A stretch of 64,000 nucleotides of DNA, from positions 4,943-68,942 of the forward strand of contig CAYQQX010000003.1 in assembly GCA_964419495.1 (NCBI GenBank), written 5' to 3'. This document shows positions 36,977 through 46,994 of this stretch, in pieces (within the stretch, counting starts at the first letter, position 1; each line of letters starts with the position of its first letter). Both the position numbers and the translations under genes were made by a program. The notes under the pieces are model-generated. The model did no database searches. It worked only from the letters and a program-made list of their open reading frames with translations, and had not been told where the DNA came from. The DNA is from an uncultured Anaerolineales bacterium (GTDB lineage: Bacteria; Chloroflexota; Anaerolineae; Anaerolineales; UBA11858).

Positions 36977-38446
36977 ATGGCAACAAAAAAACCGAACATT
37001 GTGCTGGTCTATGTCGATAATCATCCCGGTGCTGTTATGGGTTGTGCCGGAAACGCTGAGGCTTACACGCCTAATTTAGATCGTCTTTCACAAGAAGGGA
37101 CACTTTTTACAGAGGCTTATTGTCCTAATGCAATGTGTTCACCTTGTCGGGCATCGGTTCTAACGGGATTAATGCCCTCACAACACGGAATTCACACCTG
37201 GATCGATGAGTATTATCAAGATGACTGGCCCGATAATTGGAATGCCATTAAAGAATTTGATACCTTACCGGAAAAACTCGCTCGTGAGGGCTACGATACA
37301 GCCTTAATTGGTAAGTACCATCTGGGCAACGCAGAGAGCGCCACTGATATATTTAAAAAATGTGTAACCATGCAGATCGGCCATGTCCAGTCATTTTATG
37401 ACAATGACATTATAGATTGTGATGAGAGATATAAGCATCCCGGACATTCCGTTGACTTTTTTACGGATAAAGCTGTTGAATATATCGATCAATGCAGTGA
37501 AGAAAATGAAAAGCCATTTTTTCTCTTTCTAACCTATCCCGCACCATACGGTCACTGGCCCTCGATTCAAGGTGAACCCGCAAACCGTTATGCAGATCGG
37601 TTTCGTGGCAGCCAAATGTTATCTGTACCCCGGGAAGGGCTTAGTAAGCAGGCGATTGCTTGGATAGCGATTCTAAATGAAAAAGGTTATGGCGATGAAG
37701 GCTATGATGTATTACTTCAGATCCCCAATGACCTTCCTTCGCTTCGCAATTACTACTCACAGATAAGCATGGTTGACGATGGTGTCGGCCGTGTTTTTGA
37801 TGCCTTAGAAAACAAAAATTTGGCTGACGATACGCTGTTTATATTTGCATCTGATCACGGCATGTCACTTGGACAGCATGGATTTTGGGGGCATGGGGAA
37901 GATACCTGGCCATCCAATACCCATCGTGAAGCAAATCATATCCCGTTAATCATTAAAGCACCTGATGATAGGAATAAGCAAAAGGTCGTAGATTCTCTGG
38001 TCGGCACAACCGATATATATGCCACAATTTTAGATTATGCCGGCTTGGAGCTGCCATTTGCTAAAGAAAGCCCAGCAAGAAGTATGAGACCATTAATTGA
38101 AAGTGATAATTCAGTTTGGGATAATGTCAGTTTTATGGAGCAAGAGGAAACTCGGGCGATTCGCACATCTCAGTGGCTCTTCATGCTGCGCATCCAAAAC
38201 ACAGAATATGACTTCAAACCCGAGCTGTATGATCTGGTGGCTGACCCAGGTGAGCGGATAAACCTGGCACAAGATCCCGAATATGCCAAAGTGGTAGCAA
38301 AGCTCAGAGCCCGCCTGAATGAATTCTTTTCAGATTTCGCCAATCCCCGCTGGGATCTCTGGAAGGGAGGCACGGTCAAGTCTAATTCCACGCGGCCCTT
38401 CTTGTGGCAGGAAACCTGGGGAGACGACTGGGCCCCAGAGTATTAA
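36977..38446 (+). CDS. Sulfatase family enzyme, Cys-type, no signal peptide (copy 2)
   Basis: It is 489 aa and contains KPNIVLVYVDN, CSPCRASVLTG and SDHGMSLGQHGFWGHG. Confidence 0.85.
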   Translation: MATKKPNIVLVYVDNHPGAVMGCAGNAEAYTPNLDRLSQEGTLFTEAYCPNAMCSPCRASVLTGLMPSQHGIHTWIDEYYQDDWPDNWNAIKEFDTLPEKLAREGYDTALIGKYHLGNAESATDIFKKCVTMQIGHVQSFYDNDIIDCDERYKHPGHSVDFFTDKAVEYIDQCSEENEKPFFLFLTYPAPYGHWPSIQGEPANRYADRFRGSQMLSVPREGLSKQAIAWIAILNEKGYGDEGYDVLLQIPNDLPSLRNYYSQISMVDDGVGRVFDALENKNLADDTLFIFASDHGMSLGQHGFWGHGEDTWPSNTHREANHIPLIIKAPDDRNKQKVVDSLVGTTDIYATILDYAGLELPFAKESPARSMRPLIESDNSVWDNVSFMEQEETRAIRTSQWLFMLRIQNTEYDFKPELYDLVADPGERINLAQDPEYAKVVAKLRARLNEFFSDFANPRWDLWKGGTVKSNSTRPFLWQETWGDDWAPEY

Positions 38447-38495
38447 GTCAGCTTTCTTCATGTGTAGCATATTCTTTGAAACAAGAGAGGAATCC

Positions 38496-39962
38496 ATGAG
38501 TTCTCGTAAACCAAATATCCTGCTGATTTTCGTCGACAACCAGCCTGCCAACATGATGGGCTGTTATGGAAACGATGAGATCTTCTCACCTAATCTCGAC
38601 AAATTGGCTGCCAATGGTGTACGTTTCAGCAATGCTTTCTGCCCCAATTCCATGTGCTCCCCTTGCCGGGCATCCATGCTTACCGGGCTTATGCCTTCAC
38701 AGCACGGAATTCACACCTGGCTTGATGATGACATCATGGACCAATGGCCTGAAAACTACAACGCCATCGCCGAATTCGAAACCCTACCAGAAAAGCTCGC
38801 TGAGGCGGGTTATGACACCGCCCTGATCGGAAAATATCATCTTGGATTTGCCGATAAACCGCAAAACGGCTTCAACCATTGGGTCACGATGGCAAAGGGC
38901 ATGATGGATTCATTCTATGGGGTTGAGATGAACGACAATGGGAAATTCGAGACTGCAGAAGAGCACTCTGTCGATTACTTCACGAAAAAATCTGTCGAAT
39001 ATATCGATCAACAGGCTGATAAGGACGAGCCCTTTTTCCTGTTCTTGACCTACAACGCTCCATACGGAGAGATGTATGAAAGCGAACCAGAACATCGCTA
39101 CTCACACTTATATGCGGAGTTACCCATGGACTCCGTACCGCGCGAAGGGGTATCCCCAGAACTCATCGATTGGGTCCTAATCCGCAAGGAGAAATTGCCC
39201 GATTATGATTTCGATTGGTATAAAGAACTCCCTGAAATGCCCAATAACCTATTCTACATACGGCAATTCTATTCGCAGGTGAGCATGGTCGATGATGGGG
39301 TTGGGCAGGTGATCGCGAAATTAGAAGAAAAAGGTGTGTTGGATGATACCCTCGTCATCTATACCGCCGATCACGGTCTGTCGAACGGCCAGCATGGATT
39401 TTGGGGACACGGAGAAGATACCTGGCCCTCGAATATGCATCGCGCGACAAGCAACATTCCGCTCATTATCAGCCATCCCGATTTCAAAGAACCGGGCCGG
39501 CAGGTGGACAACTTGGTTGGAACATCAGATATATTCGCCACCATTCTGGATATCGCGGACTGCAAACTCGACTCCCCCGAAAATGTTTCAGGCCTCAGCT
39601 TAAGTCCACTTTTGCGCGCTGAAGAAGAGGATTTCCGTGATGAAATCTTTATGGAACAAGAGGAGACCCGCGCGATTCGAACATCCCAGTGGCTCTTTAT
39701 GAAGCGCGTCCAAAATAAAGAGTACGACTTCAAACACGAGCTCTATGATCTTGTAAATGACCCGGATGAGCGGGTGAATCTGGCACAAGATCCCAAATAT
39801 GCTGAAGTAGTAGCGGAGCTCAGTACCCGTGTTGATGATTTCTTTACAAAATATGCAAATCCCCGATGGGATCTCTGGAAGGGTGGCGTCGTCAAATCCA
39901 ATTCCACGCGACCCTTCTTGTGGGAAGAAGTCTGGGGTGAAGATTGGGCACCAAAGTATTAG
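38496..39962 (+). CDS. Sulfatase family enzyme, Cys-type, no signal peptide (copy 3)
   Basis: It starts at the ATG at 38496 (the track extension from 38319 is rejected). It contains MSSRKPNILLIFVDNQ and CSPCRASMLTG. Of the three copies it is closest to copy 1. Confidence 0.85.
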   Translation: MSSRKPNILLIFVDNQPANMMGCYGNDEIFSPNLDKLAANGVRFSNAFCPNSMCSPCRASMLTGLMPSQHGIHTWLDDDIMDQWPENYNAIAEFETLPEKLAEAGYDTALIGKYHLGFADKPQNGFNHWVTMAKGMMDSFYGVEMNDNGKFETAEEHSVDYFTKKSVEYIDQQADKDEPFFLFLTYNAPYGEMYESEPEHRYSHLYAELPMDSVPREGVSPELIDWVLIRKEKLPDYDFDWYKELPEMPNNLFYIRQFYSQVSMVDDGVGQVIAKLEEKGVLDDTLVIYTADHGLSNGQHGFWGHGEDTWPSNMHRATSNIPLIISHPDFKEPGRQVDNLVGTSDIFATILDIADCKLDSPENVSGLSLSPLLRAEEEDFRDEIFMEQEETRAIRTSQWLFMKRVQNKEYDFKHELYDLVNDPDERVNLAQDPKYAEVVAELSTRVDDFFTKYANPRWDLWKGGVVKSNSTRPFLWEEVWGEDWAPKY

Positions 39963-40121
39963 CTCAGTATATTCTTTTTGAGAACATAGAAAAATACCGT
40001 CTAACAACCGCATGTAATGGGGCTGGCCGATGGCCGACCACTGATGCAAGGCGCTAGGTTTCGAGAAAGTGCGATGGTTGAGAATGAGCCATCATCAGCA
40101 TGATGAAAAAGGAAAAATAAA

Positions 40122-41612
40122 ATGGGTTTAGTCGCAAGTACAACCTGGGGAAGAATAAAAGGCATAAAAGTAAATGAGTATGTACTTCGCTTTACCGGTA
40201 TCCCTTATGCCAAACCACCGATTGGTAAATTGCGGTTCAAGGCCCCTGTTAACCCTGAACCGTGGACAGGCATAAAAGATGCCACCAAGTTCGGCCCTGT
40301 CAGTATTCAGCCTTATGATGAAGGGGAAGCAGTTTCTATGGGGTCACAAAGTGAAGATTGCCTTTTGCTTAACGTCTGGACACAAGGGCTGGATGACAAT
40401 AAAAATCGGCCCGTCATGGTGTGGATACATGGTGGTGGATTTTTTACCGGCGGCACAAATGATCCTTGGTATGATGGCACCTTTTTTGCCGAACGCGGTG
40501 ATGTGGTGCTGGTGTCTATACAGTATCGGTTGGGTGCTTTAGGTTGGCTATATCTGGATGAACTGGGTGGAGAAGAATTTAGCAGTTCCAAAAACAATGG
40601 CCTACTCGATCAGGTTGCTGCGTTGAAATGGGTTAAAAACAATATCAAAAACTTTGGTGGAGATCCAGAAAACATAACCATCTTCGGAGAATCCGTGGGG
40701 GGTACGAGTGTAGCCACACTGATGGTCACACCCGGGGCTAAAGGCTTGTTCAACAAGGTGATTGACCAGAGTGGAACATTCCATCATTGCCGTACTCACA
40801 AAAAACGCGGGCCTCATTACAGAAAGGCATTTATGGATTCATGCGGGGTGGACGATATCAACGGATTGATGAACTTGAGTGAAGAACAGATTCGCTCTGC
40901 CACATATGAAGTCACTGAAGAAGCCACCTTTATGGCTGACCGGATGTTCATGCCAGTTTTTGATGGAGATGTGCTACCGGAAGATCCTTATGACTATATT
41001 GCCGAGGGCAACACATCCGATATTCTTTTGATGCACGGCAGCACAAAAGATGAATATCACTATTGGCTGAATTATTATTCTGAATCGATGCGCAACACTC
41101 CCCGCGAGGCCCTGATGGGGTTATACAAACATGTATTCCGCCTATCAGATGATCAGATTGATGAGCTTTATCAGTGCCATACAGATTACGACCCGGATAA
41201 AAGTGAATCGGATAACTATATTGATATGGCTACTTGGGGGCACTTCCGCTCCACACATGCACGATTATCTGCTGCCCAGTCGCAACATAGCCCTACCTGG
41301 GAATATCTATTTGAATGGTCTTCTCCGATTAATCCTGAAATGGGAGCTCATCACGCAATTGAAATCCCTTTTGTATTTTATGTTGAAGAAGATGAAATTT
41401 ATGGAGACAACCCACCCATTGCATTAATAGAGCAAATTCAAAATGCGTGGATCAGTTTTGCCCGCAATGGTGATCCCAACCACTCTGAACTTCCGGCATG
41501 GCCACAGTATAACGAGAAAGAAAAACCTAAAATGGTTTTTAATGTAAACCCACGTGTGGAAAATGATCCGGATGGGGTTTTGCGAGAAAAGTGGGAAGAA
41601 GTTATGGGTTAA
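40122..41612 (+). CDS. Type-B carboxylesterase (cholinesterase / p-nitrobenzyl esterase family)
   Basis: It is 496 aa and contains EDCLLLNVW, VMVWIHGGGFFTGG (oxyanion hole) and the nucleophile elbow FGESVGG. Confidence 0.85.
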   Translation: MGLVASTTWGRIKGIKVNEYVLRFTGIPYAKPPIGKLRFKAPVNPEPWTGIKDATKFGPVSIQPYDEGEAVSMGSQSEDCLLLNVWTQGLDDNKNRPVMVWIHGGGFFTGGTNDPWYDGTFFAERGDVVLVSIQYRLGALGWLYLDELGGEEFSSSKNNGLLDQVAALKWVKNNIKNFGGDPENITIFGESVGGTSVATLMVTPGAKGLFNKVIDQSGTFHHCRTHKKRGPHYRKAFMDSCGVDDINGLMNLSEEQIRSATYEVTEEATFMADRMFMPVFDGDVLPEDPYDYIAEGNTSDILLMHGSTKDEYHYWLNYYSESMRNTPREALMGLYKHVFRLSDDQIDELYQCHTDYDPDKSESDNYIDMATWGHFRSTHARLSAAQSQHSPTWEYLFEWSSPINPEMGAHHAIEIPFVFYVEEDEIYGDNPPIALIEQIQNAWISFARNGDPNHSELPAWPQYNEKEKPKMVFNVNPRVENDPDGVLREKWEEVMG

Positions 41613-41669
41613 ATCAGATAACACAGCATAAAACCCAATCATGGTGTAGAGCAGACGCCTAAAAGAGTG

Positions 41670-41711
41670 CCGTTCAAAAAAAGGATTATTTTTGAACGGT
41701 TTTCACTTTTT
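41670..41711 (+). terminator. Intrinsic terminator downstream of the esterase gene
   Basis: The 11-bp stem ccgttcaaaaa/tttttgaacgg has an 8-nt loop and is followed by ttttcacttttt. Confidence 0.6.
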
Positions 41712-41877
41712 CTAAAGTTTTTGTTCAGCTATATCCTTGGTGCGCGACTTAATTTCCATCTCATCAGGGAACTTCCGATCATCTTTTCCCGATTCAGACG
41801 CTTTAGGACTTTATTGCTCAGCAAACATGAGGCATCCAATAATTAAGAATTATCTAGATTTTCGGTAGATTATCACT

Positions 41878-42111
41878 CCCGGCACTCCTGTGCCGGGGCA
41901 GCGAGAGAGTGTGTATGGATACCACTCTCTCGCTGATAATCGCAAAAATAGGATTCCAGCAGCGCAGAACGCTGCTGGAATCCTATTTTTGCGTAATACC
42001 CCCTTCCCCGTTCCATTAGAAATGGGGAAGGGGGGACGCGAAGCGGGAGGATGGGGATAAAAAGACATGACACATCCAGAATATTAAATCTGGGGTGTGT
42101 CATGTCTTTTT
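41878..42111. other. Stack of five consecutive perfect-stem hairpins between convergent operons; two have the A-tract/T-tract form of bidirectional terminators
   Basis: The stems were paired base by base. They are 41878-41897 (8 bp), 41899-41935 (13 bp), 41941-41993 (24 bp, flanked by A5/T5), 41999-42034 (11 bp) and 42059-42111 (16 bp outer plus 5 bp inner, flanked by A5/T5). Confidence 0.7.
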
Positions 42112-42147
42112 ATAAGTGATTTATTCTAATCTAACTTTCCAGTGATC

Positions 42148-43956
42148 CTACGTATCATGAGTTAACAAATCATCCACAGCCCGCTTAGATATCCTCGTAG
42201 TTCCCTGGTTATCAGAAATCCCGTTTAGATCGGTGTGAGCAAAAGCGATGCGACCAAAGCGTTGGCCGGCATCATAAATGGGAACGCCGGGGATTGGCTC
42301 TTCGGAACTGCCACTGCCAAAAGCAAACCCCGGATAGCAGATTATCTCAGCATGTCCCCAACGATTAAGTGCAATTCCTTCGATATCCTCTGCGGGATCA
42401 AATCCAGCCTCACCAAAAACATCTAACAACTCCTGGCGAAGCAAAAATTCATATTCCTCAAAAGATCGATTGTTCATGTCAGTCCGCGCTCGCTTGGTTT
42501 GCTCCTCATAGTCACCATCAAATCCGGGATCGGGGAGTTGGGGACACCACATGGTAATGCAATTGGGCCTCTCCGGATCACGATCTGGGGCATTTCCCGC
42601 TTCCGTGATACCGTCGGCGATAGTGAGGTAGTTGGCTATTCTTGGGTTCCAAATTCCGCCCGAATAACCAAAGTTCAGATTATCTAACGCCCTGGAGTTG
42701 TTTATCCAGACATTTGCTACTGTATAAACAGAATAGTGGAATTTGTCATACGCCTCTTTCTGCTCCTTAGGCAGATCCGTTACGATATGTTTGGTCATAT
42801 ACCCGCCACCGGCCATAATTACCGATTTCGCCCTGAGTTTATATAGTTTTCCGCCCTGAATGTACTTGATCAGAACATATTGTGCGTGTTCAGCTGCGCC
42901 TTCATGATTGACCTCGACAACCGTAGAATTCAGCCGAATTCTGGTATTATTTTCCGATCGATCAAGAGCTTTGTAGTCAATCCTTCCAGTGATAATATCC
43001 CGTCCGTTGAGAGCTTTAGTGATCAGGGCGTTTACAAGATGACGTGCAAACCCGGACATACCACCTGGCCATTTATAATTAACACCTTCACCGCCCGAAT
43101 AATTCCAAAAGCCTGCTGCCGCAGAAAGGGTATCCACGCCTGCTCCAAAATCTGACCTGACCCACATGTCCATTAGATGGGTCACTTGCGGATCCCAGCC
43201 ATTTATATCCTCCATCCATTCTTTGAAACTGATTTTGTCCCACTCAGCCAATTCCGCCTTAACTCTTGACCAAGGCGTCCACTTAAATGTCTCGAGGAAT
43301 TCAAATAAAGCATCGTAATCATCCTGGATCTTTTTTGACCAGGGTGAAATGGCGCTGTTGTAACCTGTCTCCCAGAAATCCATTACCCATTGGCCATCGA
43401 TGAACATGTTATCTTGATAGGCTTCTGCCGCAAATTTGATTGCGGAAAGATCAATCCCAAGGTCTCTCCAGAGTTTTCTTACATCCCGGTATTCCGGATC
43501 AATATTCCATTGATAATCACAACCTTGGGTGACAATGATATTCTGACCTTTGACGGTTAATTCATTGCGCTGGGCAACGCCACCGAAATCAGCATGATTG
43601 TCAAGCAGCAGAATTTTCTCTTCCGGACGCTCCTGATTATAAAAATTGGCTGCTGTGAGCCCTCCCAGCCCGGCGCCAACCACAACCAGATCATATAGTT
43701 CGCCGGTATATTCCGCTCCCTGGCTGAGATGCTCTGCATCGCGAACCTGGTGGCACACGAAACGTGAGTCGTCAGTATTCCCCCCAATAGTCAACGTACC
43801 AGACTGGGATGTCAAACCAGTGCACCCAGGAATTAAAAGGGAAGCAGCCCCGACCATCATGAGCTTGCCAAAGTCTCTCCTCGTAATCGGTCGATCAAGC
43901 CCCAGGCGCTTTTTTTCTTCAGCGTTCAAATGAAATTTTCTACTTCCTTGGGGCAC
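42148..43956 (-). CDS. TAT-exported lipoprotein-type FAD/NAD(P)-binding amine oxidoreductase (spermidine dehydrogenase SpdH-like)
   Basis: It is 602 aa with a GTG start. It has the twin-arginine motif [15 protein letters not shown] plus the lipobox LIPGC. The dinucleotide fold is [16 protein letters not shown], followed by [17 protein letters not shown]. The SpdH resemblance is recalled from memory. Confidence 0.6.
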   Translation of the reverse strand: MPQGSRKFHLNAEEKKRLGLDRPITRRDFGKLMMVGAASLLIPGCTGLTSQSGTLTIGGNTDDSRFVCHQVRDAEHLSQGAEYTGELYDLVVVGAGLGGLTAANFYNQERPEEKILLLDNHADFGGVAQRNELTVKGQNIIVTQGCDYQWNIDPEYRDVRKLWRDLGIDLSAIKFAAEAYQDNMFIDGQWVMDFWETGYNSAISPWSKKIQDDYDALFEFLETFKWTPWSRVKAELAEWDKISFKEWMEDINGWDPQVTHLMDMWVRSDFGAGVDTLSAAAGFWNYSGGEGVNYKWPGGMSGFARHLVNALITKALNGRDIITGRIDYKALDRSENNTRIRLNSTVVEVNHEGAAEHAQYVLIKYIQGGKLYKLRAKSVIMAGGGYMTKHIVTDLPKEQKEAYDKFHYSVYTVANVWINNSRALDNLNFGYSGGIWNPRIANYLTIADGITEAGNAPDRDPERPNCITMWCPQLPDPGFDGDYEEQTKRARTDMNNRSFEEYEFLLRQELLDVFGEAGFDPAEDIEGIALNRWGHAEIICYPGFAFGSGSSEEPIPGVPIYDAGQRFGRIAFAHTDLNGISDNQGTTRISKRAVDDLLTHDT

Positions 43957-43982
43957 GATTCACCTCTATCAATATGTTTTAT

Positions 43983-44231
43983 TTATAAAGAACCATCAAC
44001 CGCGTTGCTGGATTCCTGATATTCATTAAGGCATTTCTGGCAAACACAAGTTTTACGGACTGCATCTTCGGGAATTAGTGCGAGCAATTCCCTCGGGAAT
44101 TCCACAAATTCACACCAGCACTCGGTAGCTGCCGGGTCTGCAGCGACAGCACAATGGTTAGGTTCACCACAAAGAGGACAAATTGCGGTGTTCAGGGGTT
44201 TTCTTTTAGATAATTTCTTTGATGATGTCAT
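43983..44231 (-). CDS. Cysteine-rich CWC-family small protein
   Basis: It is 82 aa and contains CPLCGEPNHC...ECWCEFVEFP...CVCQKC. It starts 3 nt after the upstream gene's stop codon. Confidence 0.6.
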   Translation of the reverse strand: MTSSKKLSKRKPLNTAICPLCGEPNHCAVAADPAATECWCEFVEFPRELLALIPEDAVRKTCVCQKCLNEYQESSNAVDGSL

Positions 44232-44233
44232 GG

Positions 44234-45589
44234 TTAATTATCCTGTTTCTCCCACATCCATCTGGCACCGCGCCCAAAGATACCTCTCATTCGAGATGGT
44301 CCGGCATATGGAACCCGATGATTAACGACATAGTGGTTGGTGAATTCGTTCGATTCACCCGCCATCAGGTCACCAATGATACGACCAAATGTTTGAGTTG
44401 TTGGAACTCCTTCACTCAAACCAACGCCATAGTAAATGTTTTGATTATCACCCATAACACCCACGGATGGGGTCTCGTTCAACGTGTAAGTAGTGGTACC
44501 ACCCCAGGCATGTTCGATCTCTATACCTTCCAATTGTGGGAAGAAAGCAAACAGATCATCCAGGATTCGTCGGGTGAAGTTTTTATCATTTCCGGAACAT
44601 AAAGCATCGTTGTCATAATACTCAGCTCCCGAACCGCCCATCACAATGCGTTTATTTGGAGTCATCACCAAGTAGCTGAACATCGTGCGCATGTCATAGA
44701 GACCCTGACGATTCTTCCAACCAATTGATTCCCATTGATCTTGGCTTAGGGGTTCGGTGGCAATCTGAAAAACACCGATTGGGAATACACGATTCTTGAA
44801 GAATCCAAGTTTATGAGCATATGCATTCAAGGCTATAACAAGGACAGGGGCACGGATTTCTCCTAACTCAGTATCCACAAGGTTTACTTTCCCAGGGGTG
44901 ATGCGAGTTACGACAGTTCGTTCCCGAACCTTCACTCCGACACCTTCAACAACTCTTTTCATTTCCCGAGCAAGTTTTGCCGGATTTAGAATTGCACCAT
45001 GCGGAATATTCAATCCAGCAATCATGCGCGGTGATTTTATCTCAGTCTCCAATGCCGCCCCATGCAAAAATGTGGAGTTGAGGCCAAAACTCATCAATCG
45101 ATCCTGGTACTTCTTGAGCTCCTGAATATGCTTATCGTTAAGTGCCACCCCCAACATCCCATTCTCTTCAAGATCACAATCGACATCGTATTCTGCGATC
45201 ATTTTCTTGATGAAGTTGAGACCATAGAACGAAACATCCAGGTTTTTCTGTCGGACTTCGGGATCTACCTCATCCAGTTCTCTGATAAGGTCTGTGGCAA
45301 TACAGAATCCGCCATTGCGCCCACTGGCGCCATAGCCGCAGCAAGCCCCCTCCAACAATACAATATGCTTTTCAGGGAATTTTTGCTTTATGTGATACGC
45401 AGCAGAAAGACCAGTATAGCCACCTCCAACAATGACTATATCCGCATTGTGGCTGCCACGCAGCGGCTCATTGATTTTCTGGTTTTCAAGATCAACGGTT
45501 TTGAACCAATAGTTGTCGACATAATATTCGTAGAGATCAGGTGGCCTGAGATTTTTGCGCCTATTCTGCGATTCTGAAAAGTATTTCAT
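44234..45589 (-). CDS. FAD-dependent oxidoreductase (DAO family, gamma-glutamylputrescine-oxidase-like), copy B
   Basis: It is 451 aa and contains ADIVIVGGGYTGLSAAYHI and GYGASGRNGGF. It is a tandem paralogue of 45630..46994. Confidence 0.75.
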   Translation of the reverse strand: MKYFSESQNRRKNLRPPDLYEYYVDNYWFKTVDLENQKINEPLRGSHNADIVIVGGGYTGLSAAYHIKQKFPEKHIVLLEGACCGYGASGRNGGFCIATDLIRELDEVDPEVRQKNLDVSFYGLNFIKKMIAEYDVDCDLEENGMLGVALNDKHIQELKKYQDRLMSFGLNSTFLHGAALETEIKSPRMIAGLNIPHGAILNPAKLAREMKRVVEGVGVKVRERTVVTRITPGKVNLVDTELGEIRAPVLVIALNAYAHKLGFFKNRVFPIGVFQIATEPLSQDQWESIGWKNRQGLYDMRTMFSYLVMTPNKRIVMGGSGAEYYDNDALCSGNDKNFTRRILDDLFAFFPQLEGIEIEHAWGGTTTYTLNETPSVGVMGDNQNIYYGVGLSEGVPTTQTFGRIIGDLMAGESNEFTNHYVVNHRVPYAGPSRMRGIFGRGARWMWEKQDN

Positions 45590-45629
45590 TGTCTACTCCC
45601 TTTTACACACGCTAATAGTCGATTTCAAT

Positions 45630-46994
45630 TTAATGGATTGGCGAAAATCCCAAATTTTTTATCGTCCACTTGACACCCTTGCCAAATATACCTCGTAAGC
45701 TTTTGGGCCCAATATAGGGCAGCCTGCGGTTGACAATAAAATGGTTGGTAAACTTGTTCGCTTCGCCTACCATCAGATCAGCAATGATACGGCCAAAGGT
45801 TTGCGTGGTAGGGACACCTTCACTAATCCCAAATCCGTAAAAGATGTTTTTATGATCCCCCATCACACCTGCGGCAGGAACTTTTCCGATGGTAAAAGCA
45901 TTCGTTCCCCCCCAGGTATGTTCGATTTGCAAACCCTCTAATTGTGGGAAGAACGAGAACAAGTTATCCCTAACAAGTTTTGTAACGGTTTTATCGTTTC
46001 CAGAGCTGATGGCATCATTGTGATAATACGTATAATCTCTTCCACCCATCAATATGCGTCCATCGGCAGTAGGAATGCTGTAACTATACATAATTCTCTC
46101 ATCGGATAACCCCTGCCGCTTTCCCCAGCCAATCGATTCCCACTGAGATTCACTAAGTGGTTCTGTCACGATTTGATAAACACTTACTGGAAATACCCGG
46201 TTCTGGAAAAACCCCAGTTTGTGGGCATAGGCGTTCACTGCTAATACCAGGATAGGCGCACGAATTTCGCCTAATTCAGTATCTACATTATGGACTACCC
46301 CTGGTGTGATGCGTGTAACAACGGTCCGCTCAAATATTTCGATATCATTCTGTTCGACGATTTGCTTCATACCCCGGACTAGTTTTGCTGGATTGAGAAT
46401 GGCGCCTTGAGGTTGCGACAATCCAGCCACAAAGAGCGGGGACTTGATCTCCTGTTCTAATTCTTCCCCATGGAGGATGGATGATTCCAACCCAAACGAG
46501 CTCAATGCATCCCGGTATTCTTCCAGTTCTTCAATCTGCTTATCATCTAAGGCAACGGTGAGCATTCCGTTTTCTTCCAAATCACAATCGATGCCATATT
46601 CTGAGATCATTTGCTTGACGAAATTTAGTCCGTAATAGGATACTTCCATACTTCCCATTCGGATTTCAGGGTCAGGTTGCTCCCAATCGAGCAAGGCGTT
46701 CCCAACACAGAAGCCGCCATTGCGTCCACTAGCACCATACCCACAGCAGGCACCTTCAAGTATGACGATTTTCTTGTCGGGAAACCTCTGGCGAATATGA
46801 TACGCAGCAGAAAGGCCTGTAAAACCTCCTCCCACGATGACCACATCCGCATTATGACTACCGCGTAGAGGTTCGTTGATTTTCTGGTTCTCCAAATCGA
46901 CGGTTTTGAACCAGTAATTATCAACATAATATTCGTAGAGATCTGGTGGTCTGAGGTTTTTGCTACGGTTATGAAACTTTGAAAAATATTTCAT
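45630..46994 (-). CDS. FAD-dependent oxidoreductase (DAO family, gamma-glutamylputrescine-oxidase-like), copy A
   Basis: It is 454 aa. Its first ~100 residues are nearly identical in protein to copy B, although many synonymous DNA differences exist. Its start overlaps the MttB stop (ATGA). Confidence 0.75.
   Translation of the reverse strand: MKYFSKFHNRSKNLRPPDLYEYYVDNYWFKTVDLENQKINEPLRGSHNADVVIVGGGFTGLSAAYHIRQRFPDKKIVILEGACCGYGASGRNGGFCVGNALLDWEQPDPEIRMGSMEVSYYGLNFVKQMISEYGIDCDLEENGMLTVALDDKQIEELEEYRDALSSFGLESSILHGEELEQEIKSPLFVAGLSQPQGAILNPAKLVRGMKQIVEQNDIEIFERTVVTRITPGVVHNVDTELGEIRAPILVLAVNAYAHKLGFFQNRVFPVSVYQIVTEPLSESQWESIGWGKRQGLSDERIMYSYSIPTADGRILMGGRDYTYYHNDAISSGNDKTVTKLVRDNLFSFFPQLEGLQIEHTWGGTNAFTIGKVPAAGVMGDHKNIFYGFGISEGVPTTQTFGRIIADLMVGEANKFTNHFIVNRRLPYIGPKSLRGIFGKGVKWTIKNLGFSPIH

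Noticed and set aside
41850-42103. Track ORFs 41850..42068 and 41873..42103 (-)
   Set aside because: They lie entirely in the hairpin stack. They have low-complexity, proline/glycine-rich translations and no RBS, so they are artefacts of the palindromic sequence.
41878-42111. CRISPR array or tRNA in the hairpin-rich intergenic region
   Set aside because: The five stems have unrelated sequences, so there is no repeated unit and no regular spacing. None shows cloverleaf geometry.
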